A stretch of 63,874 nt of DNA, counting the filler, from Klebsormidium nitens (Eukaryota; Plantae; Klebsormidiophyceae), in NCBI GenBank assembly GCA_000708835.1. It is 5 parts of 5 records of this genome, joined end to end, with 100 filler letters (N's around TTAATTAATTAA, not from the genome) between each part and the next. Parts side by side here need not be neighbours in the genome. Positions count along the whole stretch, not along the records: positions 1 to 24,999 come from DF237845.1; 4 more parts are not named here. One strand, given 5' to 3'. Shown piece after piece: positions 12,001-24,394 of this stretch (the first letter of the stretch is position 1; each line of letters begins with the position of its first letter). The notes beneath the pieces were generated by a model. The model was not told the origin of the DNA. It saw only the letters and a list, made by a program, of their open reading frames with translations, and searched no databases. Both the position numbers and the translations under genes were made by a program.

Positions 12001-14342
12001 CTTGCGCCTTCGCCCTGCCCTTCGTGATGACTGTCTTCTGTTTGAAAAACAGCGCCGGAAGCTTTTCGAACGCCGTCCCTCGGGCTCGCAATTGCAGCTG
12101 GGGGACGTCATTTGCAGGAGTACGCGAGGGTCAAGGGACGTCCAATCCAGAGCCAGGGAAATTCTTAGAATGTGATCTCACAGATGGTCGATCTCAGAAC
12201 ACGGTTCGATATTCTCAGAATGATGGCTCATGGGCTAAAACCGCATGTGACTGGACTCCATTTGAGAACACTGCTGCACTCGGCAGCATAATCAATGTAA
12301 CCATGCTCAATTCTGTGTCAACGATTCAGAGCTCGTCTTATACATCTATGCATATTCGTCCCCATGCAAGTGGCCCGGTATCCTTGAGATTACTATTATC
12401 CAAAGAGCAAAGAAAAGAATCAGCGTTGTGCTCACCAGCTTTCCCTGACGTCCGGACAGCACAGCTTGCCGTACGGATTGTTTTCTGCGAGTTCGATTCA
12501 AAGGTGGCGGGGGCGGACGGGCGGGGTCGAGCGCTCGGAGTTGGCAGTCCAACCACCTGCATACGATATGAAACAATTGTTACCTGTTTTTATCCTTAGA
12601 AAGGAATATTATGACTCCTTGGAACCTTGAATTCGAGTATCTTTACGTGTTCGTCGGGGGTGGAGGAGTCACACATGGAAGAGTCAGGTATGTCAGGTGC
12701 ATAAAGACTGCCACCAATGCTAAGATAGCCGCAGCTCTCAGTAAGTAGAAACTCTGGAAGACCAGCACGGCATGAACGGTCTTTGAAAAGCACTGCTGCA
12801 CATGCAAAGTCAACCCCTCAAGTTTGGAATGTTGTGTGTAAGGAACAAAAATGGTTGCTGTGTAATGGCCTTTGACAGACCAATCTCTCTAGTTGGTCAT
12901 AATTCCTAACAATGACTGTTAGCCGCCTAGGCTGAATTCCGGCAAGTCTGGAGTGCATCACCGGAGCATTAGACCTGGTCTGTCTGGCACAGTAGAACTT
13001 CTCTTACATTTCTTGGAAACGTCTGACTTCCTCCAGAACCGGCTAGAAGTCTTTTGTGTAGGAACTCAAGAACAGGCAACACGCGTCAACTGACCGAAAT
13101 CTTTATAAGATCATATTTGTTGTATACATGGCAGTCTACAGCAAAACCAGTTAATAATGATCTCTGAGAACCCGGCGTCTGAACACTGCAAGTATGGATA
13201 GTAAGAGTACTTACACCTGCACTTAGCGTGACATTTCTGGAGGCCACAATCTGTAGCATTCCCTGCAGAAGTCTAAGCGCCACCACAACAACAAAACATA
13301 AGGAAGGGGCTAAGGACGTCGTGACAAGACCAAACTTACCAGAACCGCATCACCGCCCTCCCCTCTTCCATCTCCATCCTGCGTGCAAATTCTTCGGCTT
13401 GGGCATAGTTCAGATCAGCAATCTCAGCTTCCTTCTCCGCTTGTTGTAATCGCAATGCATACCACCTGAAAAAGATAATGCCAGGAAAGACAATGTAAGG
13501 AAGGTGGCAAGGGCACAGGCAAATTGAGGGTTAGCCAATTCCACTTTTTGCCATCCCTCTTGATGCCAAGAATACACAGAGGCCATTCAGGTTCTCAGGC
13601 AAGCACAGCCGCACCTGCAAAGCCGCTTTTGCCTGTTACAAGGACCACTCTACTCTTTGTCTTTGTGTACTGATTGCTCAATTGCACACAGCTTTTAAAA
13701 TGTTTGCAACAACTGCTTCATTTGCAGACAACTATGCTAAACCATCCTGCTGGTGTGCCACTTTGTTTGCAGCCACCGAGGAAGATTGACCTGAAGTTTA
13801 AGGATGTCATCTAGTCCATGTTGTAATCACTTTCTGTGACCTCCAGGAGAAACTTGCTGGGACCAAAAGTAATGGCTGCTTCACACAAGCACCTCTTGCA
13901 ACTGTCTGCAGAAACCAAGTGATTTCCAGAATTGGTCCGTGTCATCTGAATGAACTTGCAGCTCCAGCTTCCAACCATGACCAAGCACAGCCAGGACTTG
14001 CTTGTTTAACTTTGAGGACATCAGAATGAAGAAAAAGATAATACCACCACCCTTTTCATTATTGCCAGGCTGATCACCAACGTATTGATTGCCACCCCTG
14101 CCAATGAAATAGACTGGACCCTCGGACGACATCAAACAATTGCCACAACGCCAACCGATACCTGGCGAGCTGCCTTGATGGCACCAAGCCAATGTTCAAT
14201 ACTTGGCCAGCTTACCAAGCCCTCATTGCTGCCCGTCCTCTTCTCATACGTGCCTCCCGCCACATGCCTTCGAGATCGAATTCTGCAGACCCTTCTGTGG
14301 AGGATTGAGCAGCTGAAGCAGCTCGCGTGACCCCATTCTTTG
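9082..14342 (-). CDS. FHA-domain protein with three N-terminal GRAxMRxWW repeats; exons 14342-14216, 13465-13340, 12556-12436, 11905-11694, 10648-10465, 10179-10064, 9379-9313 onward; 5' and 3' ends unresolved
   Basis: Spliced product gives LIVG...VSRVHAKI...VVDLKSTNGVRLN...LSDGDTLFLG, the FHA signature; all six junctions are GT-AG and phase-compatible; additional small exons cannot be excluded. Confidence 0.75.
10625..10830. repeat. ~77-bp degenerate tandem repeat (about 2.5 units) overlapping a splice acceptor of the FHA gene
   Basis: GTGACGTCAGCAGCTGGCGTC...CCCGCTC(C/T)TG recurs at about 10659, 10736 and 10814. Confidence 0.75.
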
Positions 14343-15009
14343 CTGATTGGTGTGCATAGCTCTGATTTACATAGAAGAGTTTCAAACGAGCGCCCACACA
14401 AGCTCCCTTGGAGGATCCTGGAACCAGGAAGGACCTCTGTTGGATGCAGAGCTGCGAAGACGCCATCCTTCGAAGTGCAATTGGCGCCCTACTACTACTA
14501 GTGCTGCATTTGCTGCTGGCATCAGCAGGTTTCTTCAATGGCAGGCTGTGGAATTACCCTAATCTGGAAAACCCGTAGAATGTATAACCCAGGACCCTTA
14601 ACTGCTCAAACCCTGGCTGTAGCCCGGGCAATCAGCGGGTTTGCGATGCTAACCCCTTTCCGCACCCGGTCTATGGTAGAACTGCTGCTGTGCACGATGA
14701 ACAGCAGCAGGAAACAAAGACTACTACCTGTTATTATATACTTGAGTTGAAGCAAGAAACAGGAGGAGGGCGCTTCTGAGCAATTGAATGTGAGCCCTGT
14801 CCTTGTGCAGGCCAAGTCAGCTCACTACGTCGGAGGCTGGGTGTCCCGTGCCAAGTTTCAGACTAGACGGAATTGTTAGACAGAAAGCGTTAAGCGTCTG
14901 CAAGACTTCTGTTCAGTGGTGCAAAAGCACTCCAAGAAGCACTGCGAGTTCGCTTTAACCTCATTGTCCAGTTAGGCTTTTCCTGGGGTTTTTTGCAACA
15001 GGGGTGCAG

Positions 15010-18000
15010 ATGGCATTGGAGGAGGAAGAGGAGAAGTCTAAGCCCCCGCGGCGCACATCGTCGAAGTATGACTTTGTGAAAGTGAAGGTGTGGATTGGGG
15101 AGAATTCAGATCATTACTATGTGCTTTCACGCTTCCTTGTGAGCAGAATGTTGACAGTTACAAAGGTAAGTACAAGCTCCTGTGGAAGGAAAAGTATCTC
15201 TTTTGGTCGCTATTACAGAACTTATTCTTAGTCTTGCCTCGTTTGCATTAGTGAGCCTCATGCAATACAACTGTGACCCCTCTATATACCAGACGTCCAG
15301 CATAAGACTTCTCACAGGGTTTTTCAACGTCCTGAGGGACGAGGAGTTTGATGTAGCTCCTTTCTGACCTTTCAATGGTACAAATGAAAGGGGAATAAAA
15401 GCGAAGTACATTTACATCCTCTCTTTCAACCAGAACTTTCCAATTAAGAAGGCTTGGTGTCAACCATCGATTTGAGACTTCTCAAGATATCCAAAGCTAA
15501 TCCGCAGTAAAACAATGAAATCTACAACTCTGTCGGGAATCTGGTGAACAAGTCGCTCAAGGAGACCAAAACTGTCAGCGGGGCTCCCATCTTGAGTAAC
15601 TCAACTAGGGCGTAAAGTGTCTTGGGAAGGCAAATGACAGACAAATCAGCCACTGCAACTTTTCTCCGCAGATCTCCAACGTTGTGGCCATCAAGATTGC
15701 CTTGGAACTGAAGAAGCTCTTGGTGGATAACAACCTCCTAGATGTTTCGCAAGCGGACCTGGAGGCCAATCTATTCAAGCTCATGCAGAAGCGTGGGTAT
15801 GGTGAGGAGTATGTCAACCGCTACAAGATGATGACCAAGTAAGTCCTGTTGCTTTCTTCCGAGGTGAGGGTTCCAAAGGCGTATTACTTCAAGATACTTT
15901 CTCAAGACTTCCTCAGGAAGGCCGCAGTAGAGTTCATTCTTTCAGATCAGGTTACCTTGTTCTGCAGACCGAGGATGTGCTTGCTCAGCACTCCGCATCT
16001 GCACTCTGCTCAATGATGCCACTGCCATTCTCCACCTGCCAAAAGCCTCATCCTCTGTACTTACAGCTTTCTGTTGTAAGATATCTGGCCTGGATCGTTT
16101 GCTGTTTGATGCAAGATATATTCTCAAAGGATGGAACAACCATTCTCCTGTATGCAGCTCTTTAACCGTCCTTTGTAATATCGAGAGTAATATTTTCCCA
16201 CCACGAGACCCTTGTGGTTAGCAAGTGTAACAAGCATAGACATTTTTACCCTGCAGCTTCCATCATCAGCGAGTGCCTCTGCTCGTTCTCGTGGGAGGGA
16301 CCGCCTGCGTTGGCAAGTCGACGATTGCGACACAGCTCGCACAGAGACTGAACTTACCAAACGTATTGCAGGCAAGTCGATGTGACGTCATTGGTGCAGT
16401 GATCGAGCCGCTTGTGCAGATCAAGCACTCTTTGAGACACGCTGTTGGTTATCGAAGCTGCCTGGACAATTCTTTGAAGCTGCCTTATAAACATCACGAG
16501 CTAACCGCTACAAAGATTTTTCCACACCTGTTTCGGTTGTAGTTTATGGTCAGGAGCCGCCTAGACTGAGACGATATTTTGCTTCTACTGAATTTGACCT
16601 CCTCGGTTTGGATCGAAATTCCCGTAACTGTTCTCCTCATTACATAGCAACCGCGCACAGGGGGCTTTGATTCTGTGAGCTCGTTTTTTTAGCTCATTCC
16701 CGCGTTTGCTTGTCGACTCCATCAGTCATGCACTATACATAACGGTGAGCCCTTCAGACCCTTCATGCTCACTTCGCACCACAGGGTGTATGTTTCGTGC
16801 CAGCCATTTGATTGACTGACTCTGACGTCGTGGCTCTTTGGCAGACTGACATCATCTACGAGCTCCTCCGAACGGATCCACACAACGCAGCGCCTCTGAA
16901 CGCCATGCCGCTCTGGGCTCGCTCGGACCTCACGACCACCGAGGATTTGATGCAGGAGTTTCGGCGGGAGTGCAGAGTGAGTTGCCAAACACCAGGGTTT
17001 TCTTTAAACGGCAGACTCGTTTCTCCTGACGTCCTTTGTATGGTGGACATTTGGGCTGCGGGGCGAGTCTGTTCCGCATAATGTTAGTTCTCAGTTGACT
17101 TGGTCTGCGGCACCTTCCGGGAAAAGGAAAAGAAACGCTGCGTTTGAGACCTGATGCCTCGGTTGCACTGCGAAAGTTCAGAGCGCGTGCCAGCCGAGCT
17201 GAATATCCTTGAGCGTGATGCCGCTTTTGGAATTCACCGCGGAAGGTCGTTTATGAAGTCCAACACCCTCTTTGACGAATAGCGAAGCGGAGATTTTTAC
17301 GAGGCTCCTCTAAAGGCGTCTGCAAGGACTTTGTGACAGCTAACTAGACGCTTCTTTTCAAGGTGATAACCTTGTCATTTTCTTTTCAGACTCAATCGTA
17401 TCTAAATTGGCGCATATAGTACAATGAAACCGGCGAACGACCTTCTGTGGAGGGTCTACTTTGGATGGAGCAAATATACGTTTTGTGTCTTGCAATACTA
17501 AACTCCTTCTGCCGTTGAATCAGGCACAGACGTCCTTTTGCTTGGACTCTTGCGTCTTGGGAAGTTCGGCGAAACCGCGCACTTTCGTCGAAATTTTTTA
17601 CATCTCTCGTGCTCGCTTTTCGAACCATTTGATCGCATGAAGACAGATTGGATTTGTTCGACGAACCGGTGAAGTAAGTTCTGCTCCGCTCAACAAGCCG
17701 TGAATCTTGGTGAACAAGTCGTTTGGCTCAATTCTTCAACAGGTCAATCTACCGGATCAAAACAAACCGAAAGCTCTTACCCCACATATTCATGCGGTCC
17801 GCACCCAAACCCACCCTAATTACCGAGCAAACCCAACTCGTCCCCCGGGTTTGGCCTCTTACTTCTTAGTTTCGAGCACTTTCATATTTCCGCCGTTAGG
17901 TAATCCGAAAGGGCGTGGACGGCGACCTGACGAAGACGATGAGCGACGGCAAGCCGCTGATCATGGAGGGGCTGCACCTAGACCCGGGCATCTACCTCAC

Positions 18001-19835
18001 CGAGCTCCCTCAGGCGCAGATCCGGAAACCTGCAAAGCACGAAAAGTTGCATCCAAGCGAGAGCTTGAGAATGGCAGATAGAAGAAGAAGAAGACGCGAG
18101 GACAGCGGGGCTGGCGAATTGCTTCAGCCTGGTGAGGAACGGGAGTCGTTGCGTCAGAACGGAGCGGGGCCGGAGTTGAAGCGCGGGAAGGATCTGCTGA
18201 CGTCACGGAAGGATTTGCTGACGTCACGGTCTGCAAACGGGCGGACCGACGCCAGGCGGGGGGTCTCGGTGCACGGCGGCGCGCATCTGGACAGGCTGGC
18301 CGTTGCGAACGACCGAAAGCAGCGGCGTTCAAAGAGCAGGCTGGGGGGGAATACTTTAGCGGAGGCGAAGGAGTTCCTGCTCTCGCTTGCCGAGCGAAAT
18401 CCGCCGAGGGAAACGGAAAAGGTGACCGGAACGGGCGTGAAGCGGAGCGTGAGCAGCTGCCACGTTGCTGGGGAGTGGGAGGCCAGCCCCCGTGGGGGCC
18501 GTGGGCCGGCGAACGCCGTGACGTTGGAAGTACGTCAGCAGGCAAGGTCAGATGTGAGGGCGGACCAGTCCGCGAGAGCTGAGGTTGACGAAGCAACCGG
18601 GTTGCTAAATCAATCCCTAAAAGATAGTCCGCCCGAACTTTCACAACCGGAGCGTGGCACAGCTGGACCGTCCGATCTTGGTGTAGCAGTGAACGAACGG
18701 TCCAGACCAGGAGTTGACGCGTCCGAACACCTCGGAACTGGGGGTAGTGCCTCTAGAAGGGCGAGGTCTCGGTCCAGAAGAACGTCGGACACAGCACGGG
18801 AAGCGTCCGAACGGTCCGAAAGCGGCAACGTTTTGAATGGTCGGTCCGAAAGAGCGAGTCGGCGGTCCGAGAGGGCTTCGGACGCTGAAAGGAGAGCGTC
18901 CGAAACGGAACGGACGGAGCGGAACGGAACCGAGGCGCAGCACGAAGACCCGATCGTGGTCCAGATTGTGCTACGCATGAGCGAGGACGACCACCGGACG
19001 CTCGTCGAGGAGTGGCTGGCGTCGCGTAGCGGGGAAGTCGCGGGTGATGTCGCCGTGAGTGGCAGCTGACGTCATGATGCTTGCAGTTTCCGACGTGTTC
19101 CCAACATTGAAGAGCACGGCAGCTGTTAAAATATGGCGATGCTCTTGCGTTTTGAAAATGCAAAATAAGGCCCAGCCACAGATGCTGATATCAGCATTCT
19201 TTCGGGATCCAGTGCAAGTTATTGAAGGCACTGGGAACGCTGTAGCTGCGGGTTTGCTAGTCATCCTCTTCTGCGATTGTGGTTTGAAGCGAGTCAAAAC
19301 AGCGGCTGCCTGGCTCGTAAATCCGTCGAGGATCGCGCGCTCTTCAGAAAGTGCAAGATCTTCTGACGGTCCATTTACCACTTTTTTTTACTCGCTTGAT
19401 TGCCGTAAGCAGCGGACAAAGCGGGACTTTCCCACGTACACTTCTTGAAAGCTTTGAAGGCGAGAACAAACGTTGCTTCCAGGCAGCAATCTGATCCGCC
19501 GACGAGCGTCTTATAAGAGCGTCCTTTGATGACGGAGTTGCATGATTTGAGTAGGCGACAGAGAAGCCCGCCAGTACGTTCTTTGTCGCCCTGAAATTGC
19601 CGCAGCGCTTTGCCTTAAGCAGTCCAGGAAGTTGCACAGACGCCCCCTCTAAATAGCCCCGTTGGCTCGAAACCGACGGTCCCGTTTGCAGTTGGACAAG
19701 GCAGCCGTGCTTCAGAAGCTGCGGACGATTCAGGACTACCTGTGCTCTTTTGAGGACCACGGGGTCGCGGTCGTTGACGTCAGCACGACGTCATTCGCGC
19801 AGACGCTGGACTGGCTCCACAGCTACCTGCTGGAG
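15010..19835 (+). CDS. P-loop NTPase of the 2-phosphoglycerate-kinase-related family (At5g61450/LPA1-like); exons 15010-15165, 15672-15838, 16256-16371, 16845-16976, 17900-19054, 19692-19835; last exon unresolved (possibly near 20200-20480)
   Basis: SSKYDFVKVKVW..HYYVLSRFL, Walker A GGTACVGKST, GKPLIMEGLHLDP and QTLDWLHSYLL are recognisable from the plant family; junctions are phase-compatible; intron 3 has a GC donor. Confidence 0.92.
17797..17862. repeat. Solo copy of the inverted-repeat arm of the 1071-2008 element, inside intron 4 of the P-loop gene
   Basis: GTCCGCACCCAAACCCACCCTAAT...CCCAACTCGTCCC resembles 1945-1992. Confidence 0.55.
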
Positions 19836-20969
19836 GTAAGCGCGTCACAAGACGATTCGAGGTTCCAAGGATCAGGAGTGAAGCTGCTCTGACGTTGTGC
19901 CGCTGGTAACATGCGGAGCAACAAGGAGTTTTTTCCAGACATTGCCTGATTCTATCCGTAAGGGTTTGTTTGTATAAGTTTGACTACTTTTTACGTTTGT
20001 GAAACTCTACATGGGGTTGCGTTGGTGAGGCTTTGGCTTCCGGAGTGAAACGAAGGACTTCGCTATCGGGTTTTCCGGCACCATTTCTTTCAACAAATTC
20101 ACGAAAGTTTGAAACGAAGAGCATGCGACAAAGCTCAAGCTTTCTGTCGGTTAAAGTCATTCTTTAAAAAGTAGAATACTCTGAAATGGCGTCCATGTGT
20201 AACGCCGAGATACTCTGGAGGGTGCGGAGTTTGCTTCTATGAAAGATCGAGACCTCAACGGAAAAGCTGCGAGGTCTAAGAAGGGGCCTGGCAAGAAAGA
20301 CTTAGAAGACGACAATGGAGGGCTGGATTCTTTATCAAATGTGGAGAAGAGCCCTTTGGGCTTGAGCCGCGACTCGGGAAGCAGGCGGAGTTCAGCGCTG
20401 CAAAGCAGCGTGGTCTCATTCTTTAGTGTGACGTCCTGCTTGTGTTGGCTTATCGGCAGCGCCTGTCAGCAGATGACGTCTTGAGGGTTTCTCCCGCTCC
20501 TTGAGATTCACAAATGTTGCAGGAGACCGACCAATATCAACCGGTTGACCCCTTTCCTTTGTTTCTGTTCCTTACAGTGCATAGAGGGTGGCTGGTCGGG
20601 GGCAGAAAGCTGACGGGAAACAGATTCTGCGCGTTTCGTAGTGTAGGAAGACGGTTGCGCCTTGCTTACTGGATCGATGGGATGGATGCTCGCAACCGGA
20701 AGATTAACGTACTTTTGTATAGGTACCGGGCTGTTGAGAGATCGAGCAATATGAGCTTCAGAATACTTCATCAGTCATCGAGCGACCTCCTCAACGGTCG
20801 TATAAGAAGCGGCTGCATGGGTGTAGCGATTTGGCTTCGAGTTATGAGTACGCTGACATGCATCTGCTGAGATCATCGCTTTTTTAGTATCCACTTGCCA
20901 GCGACTGCGTCATGGACAGTTCCCGACCAAGGGCATGCGACATATACTATTGGACTGTGATGCCAGGCC

Positions 20970-21044
20970 GCTCGTTCCTCCACAGAAGGTTCTGCAGAAC
21001 TTGATCTCGTCGCCATTTGGCGGGAGGCACGTATGCAAAGAGGA
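20970..21044 (+). pseudogene. ~75-bp inverted fragment of the FHA-gene exon 14342-14216, fused to the end of the right duplication arm
   Basis: CCTCCACAGAAGGTTCTGCAGAACTTGATCTCG..TGGCGGGAGGCACGTATG matches the reverse complement of about 14234-14308. Confidence 0.8.
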
Positions 21045-21982
21045 TAGAGGTAGAGGCTGCTACCTGTCAAAAGTTGTTTTTCAAAGCTTCAATTGAGACG
21101 TTTAAATACGATCAAAATTGGTAGACGTTAAAAACGACTAGCGCACAAGCAGCAGAAATTGAACAGGTTATGCCAGGTACTAGTTGCGAGAGAGGGCCGC
21201 AGCGGTATATTACCTATTAGTACGCTACTTTTGCAACTCCAGTATTGCATAGCCCAATTCAGTCGATTATGGTCACCTTGGCGTGGTGAGTCAGGCGATC
21301 CGCTCGGCTGTACCAGGCACCTAGCAACTCCTTGAGGACTCCCTCAGCAATGTATGAATCAACAAAGTAGCCAGGACACCCAATGTCAGGCCAACGTTGA
21401 TGACGTACGGCGCCGCCGACCGTCTGATTGTACGCACCACCTTTGAAAAAGAAACAACGTTTACAAGGCCCCGACTTGCAATTAGAGATCCACTTGCGAT
21501 TGTCACCTTCGCTAACTTAAATACATTGTGTGTGTAACTTAGGTTCCCGCCGGCCCTGAAATTTACAGCACACTGAGTCATCATGCACTTGGTCAGTCAC
21601 GCGAGACAAAGGCGCCAAGCTTCTAATCCGACTGATGCGTGTACATTTGACAGCCAGGTGCAGTCGAACCTTGCCGCACGGGTTCGTGACAATTTTTCCA
21701 ATGATGTTGTATGATCCCTATCAGAAGTTGCATCTCAAGTATCCACCATATATTTTCCATGATCGACGTGACCAGTGTTAAGATCATGTGCGTGACCAAT
21801 ATTTTCGCTCCTTAATGCTAGCCTCCAATTCGAAACACACTCGAATCACAAACTACAACTACAAGTACAACACGCAGCTCTTACAATATCATCAGATGAA
21901 TTGTGACAACGTGTTGTTCCATATTCAGAATATGCGGCGACCATCGCCCACGCCGCCGGCCTCTAATGGTCGCTCTGCTCCG

Positions 21983-24394
21983 TCAGCTTGGATCCTCAAA
22001 GACGGAGGTCGGGTCCATCGGGTTGAACGCGTAGAGGGAGTGCCCTCCGTCCACGGTGATGTTGACACCAACTAGATGGGCGGACGCTTTTTCCGACGCC
22101 AGCAGGAGCAGCACGCCCATCATGTCGTGCTCGGTGTCGCCCCACCTAGTTCGACGAAAGACGAGGTGAGTTATTGAGCTTGAAGCGACCCAGATTTAGC
22201 TGAAGAGAGAAACACCGACGTTGCACAAAAGGGCGGGTCAAGGCGTGCGGTGAGGCTGAAAGATGGACCGCGACAGATTATAACGATATCTTGTGAGCTG
22301 TATGAATTTTGATATTGCATCCGACTTGTCCTGAAACGACCGACGCTTGTAGCAAAGAGGAGGAACATGTGGCTGCGAGAAATGGTTTCGAACCAGAAGA
22401 GAATACCTAGCCTGACAAGCCGTGGGACAATTGTACTCAATGAAAGATTGATCGACGCTACGCAGCAAACCGGGGCGCCTGCTTCTGGTGGTAATTTCAA
22501 AGAGGAAGGAGACGGAATGATATGCCTCTGAGGAAGAAGGATGTAGCCCTCAGCCTTTGTAAGTTGGCGCATAAGCGCACTTGCGTCTTAAACGCAACCG
22601 CCTCGACTACCTTCAGCCTTTTGCCCAGACGCAAAACACCAGCGATTCAACGACTCAATCTGTTTGACAATTGAAGGACTACTCAACCTTCTCGTCTGAC
22701 TTGATTAAGCGGCCGGGTCCTACAGGTCATATTGCAAGTAGAGAGGACGAAAGAAAAGCGCACCTGCGGTTGGGAATAGCCTTGAGCGCCTTCTTGCTGC
22801 CGGGGCTCTCCACGATTCCATCGGACATCTCGCTGGGGAAGACGCCGGGCGAGATCGCATTCACGTTGATGCCCTTCGGAGCCAACTCGACCGCCAAGGC
22901 CCTGTAGAGCCGAAATGAGAATAAAGTTTAGACACGGATTATGAGGTTTAGACCTTAACATATACAGGGTCGACTTCAGGCTTTTAGGGTCTGGTTTCTT
23001 CTAGTCCTTTTCGAGTTTGCCCAGAGACGAGCGAGGCGTGTTAACCTCTGTGAGCTTGGGATGTTTCTTTCCAATTTAAGCGCATACGTGAGTGCGTTGC
23101 TTATGGTGCTTCTTCTCTATGGCCCCATATTGGTCGCGAGACTTTCAGGCGAGCACTTGAGCGACTGGAACGAGACATCCGACAAGCAGTCGCAGCAGGC
23201 CGATCTTGTTGCGAGACAGTGAGGGATACATCAGGGGGGAATGTATCCAAGCTGTAGTAAGTCTGATTCTTGGCTACCCTCTTACGGCCAATTGCAGTCA
23301 AGACCACTTTCCCTTCATGGGCAGTTGACGACCTTTCAACATTGAGCAAAGAAAAGCTGACTAGACCCAGTGACCCAAGCACCAAGTTACTCAACCAGAC
23401 ACACTAACCAGCCAGCAACCTGGCTTCACCGGAACTTCTATTTGCTCTATGATCGAGTGACACCACGGCCACCTTGTTTGACGAGTAGAGCGCGGTACTG
23501 GGGGAATGATTAAGATCAATAAAGAGACAGTAACCAGACATTAGGCAGGCATCAAACCAGCTACTAACCAGCTACTAACCAGCTACTAACCAGCTACCTA
23601 CTAACCAGGCATCAAACCAAGACTGGTCCCTTTCTGCTGCGACAGTTAAAGCAGCTTACTTGGTCAGCGAAACCACCGCCGCCTTGGACGACGAGTAGAT
23701 CGCGGTGCCGGGGGGGCTCACGGTCGCAGCAATCGAGGCCGTATTGATGATGCGGCCCCTGATGCCCTTCTCAATCATGTGCTTCGCCACAGCTTGAGCG
23801 GTGAAATACATGCCGCTGACGTTGACGCCGTATGAGGTGTCAAACTGCTCTTGGGTGTCGTCCAAGACGCTTCCGCCAGTAAAGACCCCCGCATTGTTCA
23901 CCTGGAGAAGAGGAAGTTGGGACAGTCAGGAGGGAAAAGGACAGAGCAGAAATAAAAGAAAGTGTGGAGACAAGGGTGCTGGGGATGACCTCTTGCTGGA
24001 GAAGAGCACATTGGAACAGTCAGGAGGGAGAAGGGTGACAGAGCAGAAATGAAAGAAAGAGGGGAGGCGAGGGTGCTGGGAGTGACGTCTCGTTGTGCAA
24101 CCAGATACTTGCCGGTGTAAAACTGGAACTACCTGTTGCAATCATGACAAGTTTCGCTGAATTTTAACAAACCTATTGACTCCAGCAATTTGAGTATGAC
24201 GAGACATTAGAGAGAACATTATCTTTTGCCACGCTCAACACAGGGACTGGTCTTCATCTGGGCTCAAATTTTACCAGAATATCAATCTGGCCATAGACTG
24301 CTGCGGCATTCGCAACGGCCTCTGCAATATTTTCTCTGCCTTTGGAGACGTCCAGATTGATTGCAGCGGCCTCCCCTCCGGTGGCCTTGATATC
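21983..24394 (-). CDS. SDR copy 2, partial; exons 24394-24275, 23901-23660, 22901-22764, 22145-21983; exon 1 not visible, presumably in the gap after 24999
   Basis: Internal exon lengths equal copy 1 (120, 242, 138 bp); VNNAG, YSSSK and TVDGG intact; splice sites conserved. Confidence 0.88.
23555..23608. repeat. 11-bp minisatellite (AACCAGCTACT, about 4 units) in intron 3 of SDR copy 2
   Basis: Read directly; flanked by AGGCATCAAACCA on both sides; no such expansion seen in the matching intron of copy 1. Confidence 0.8.

Noticed and set aside
17997-18978. Several long minus-strand ORFs over the P-loop exon, and ORFs overlapping G-beta exons
   Set aside because: Shadow ORFs of GC-rich coding exons on the opposite strand or in other frames
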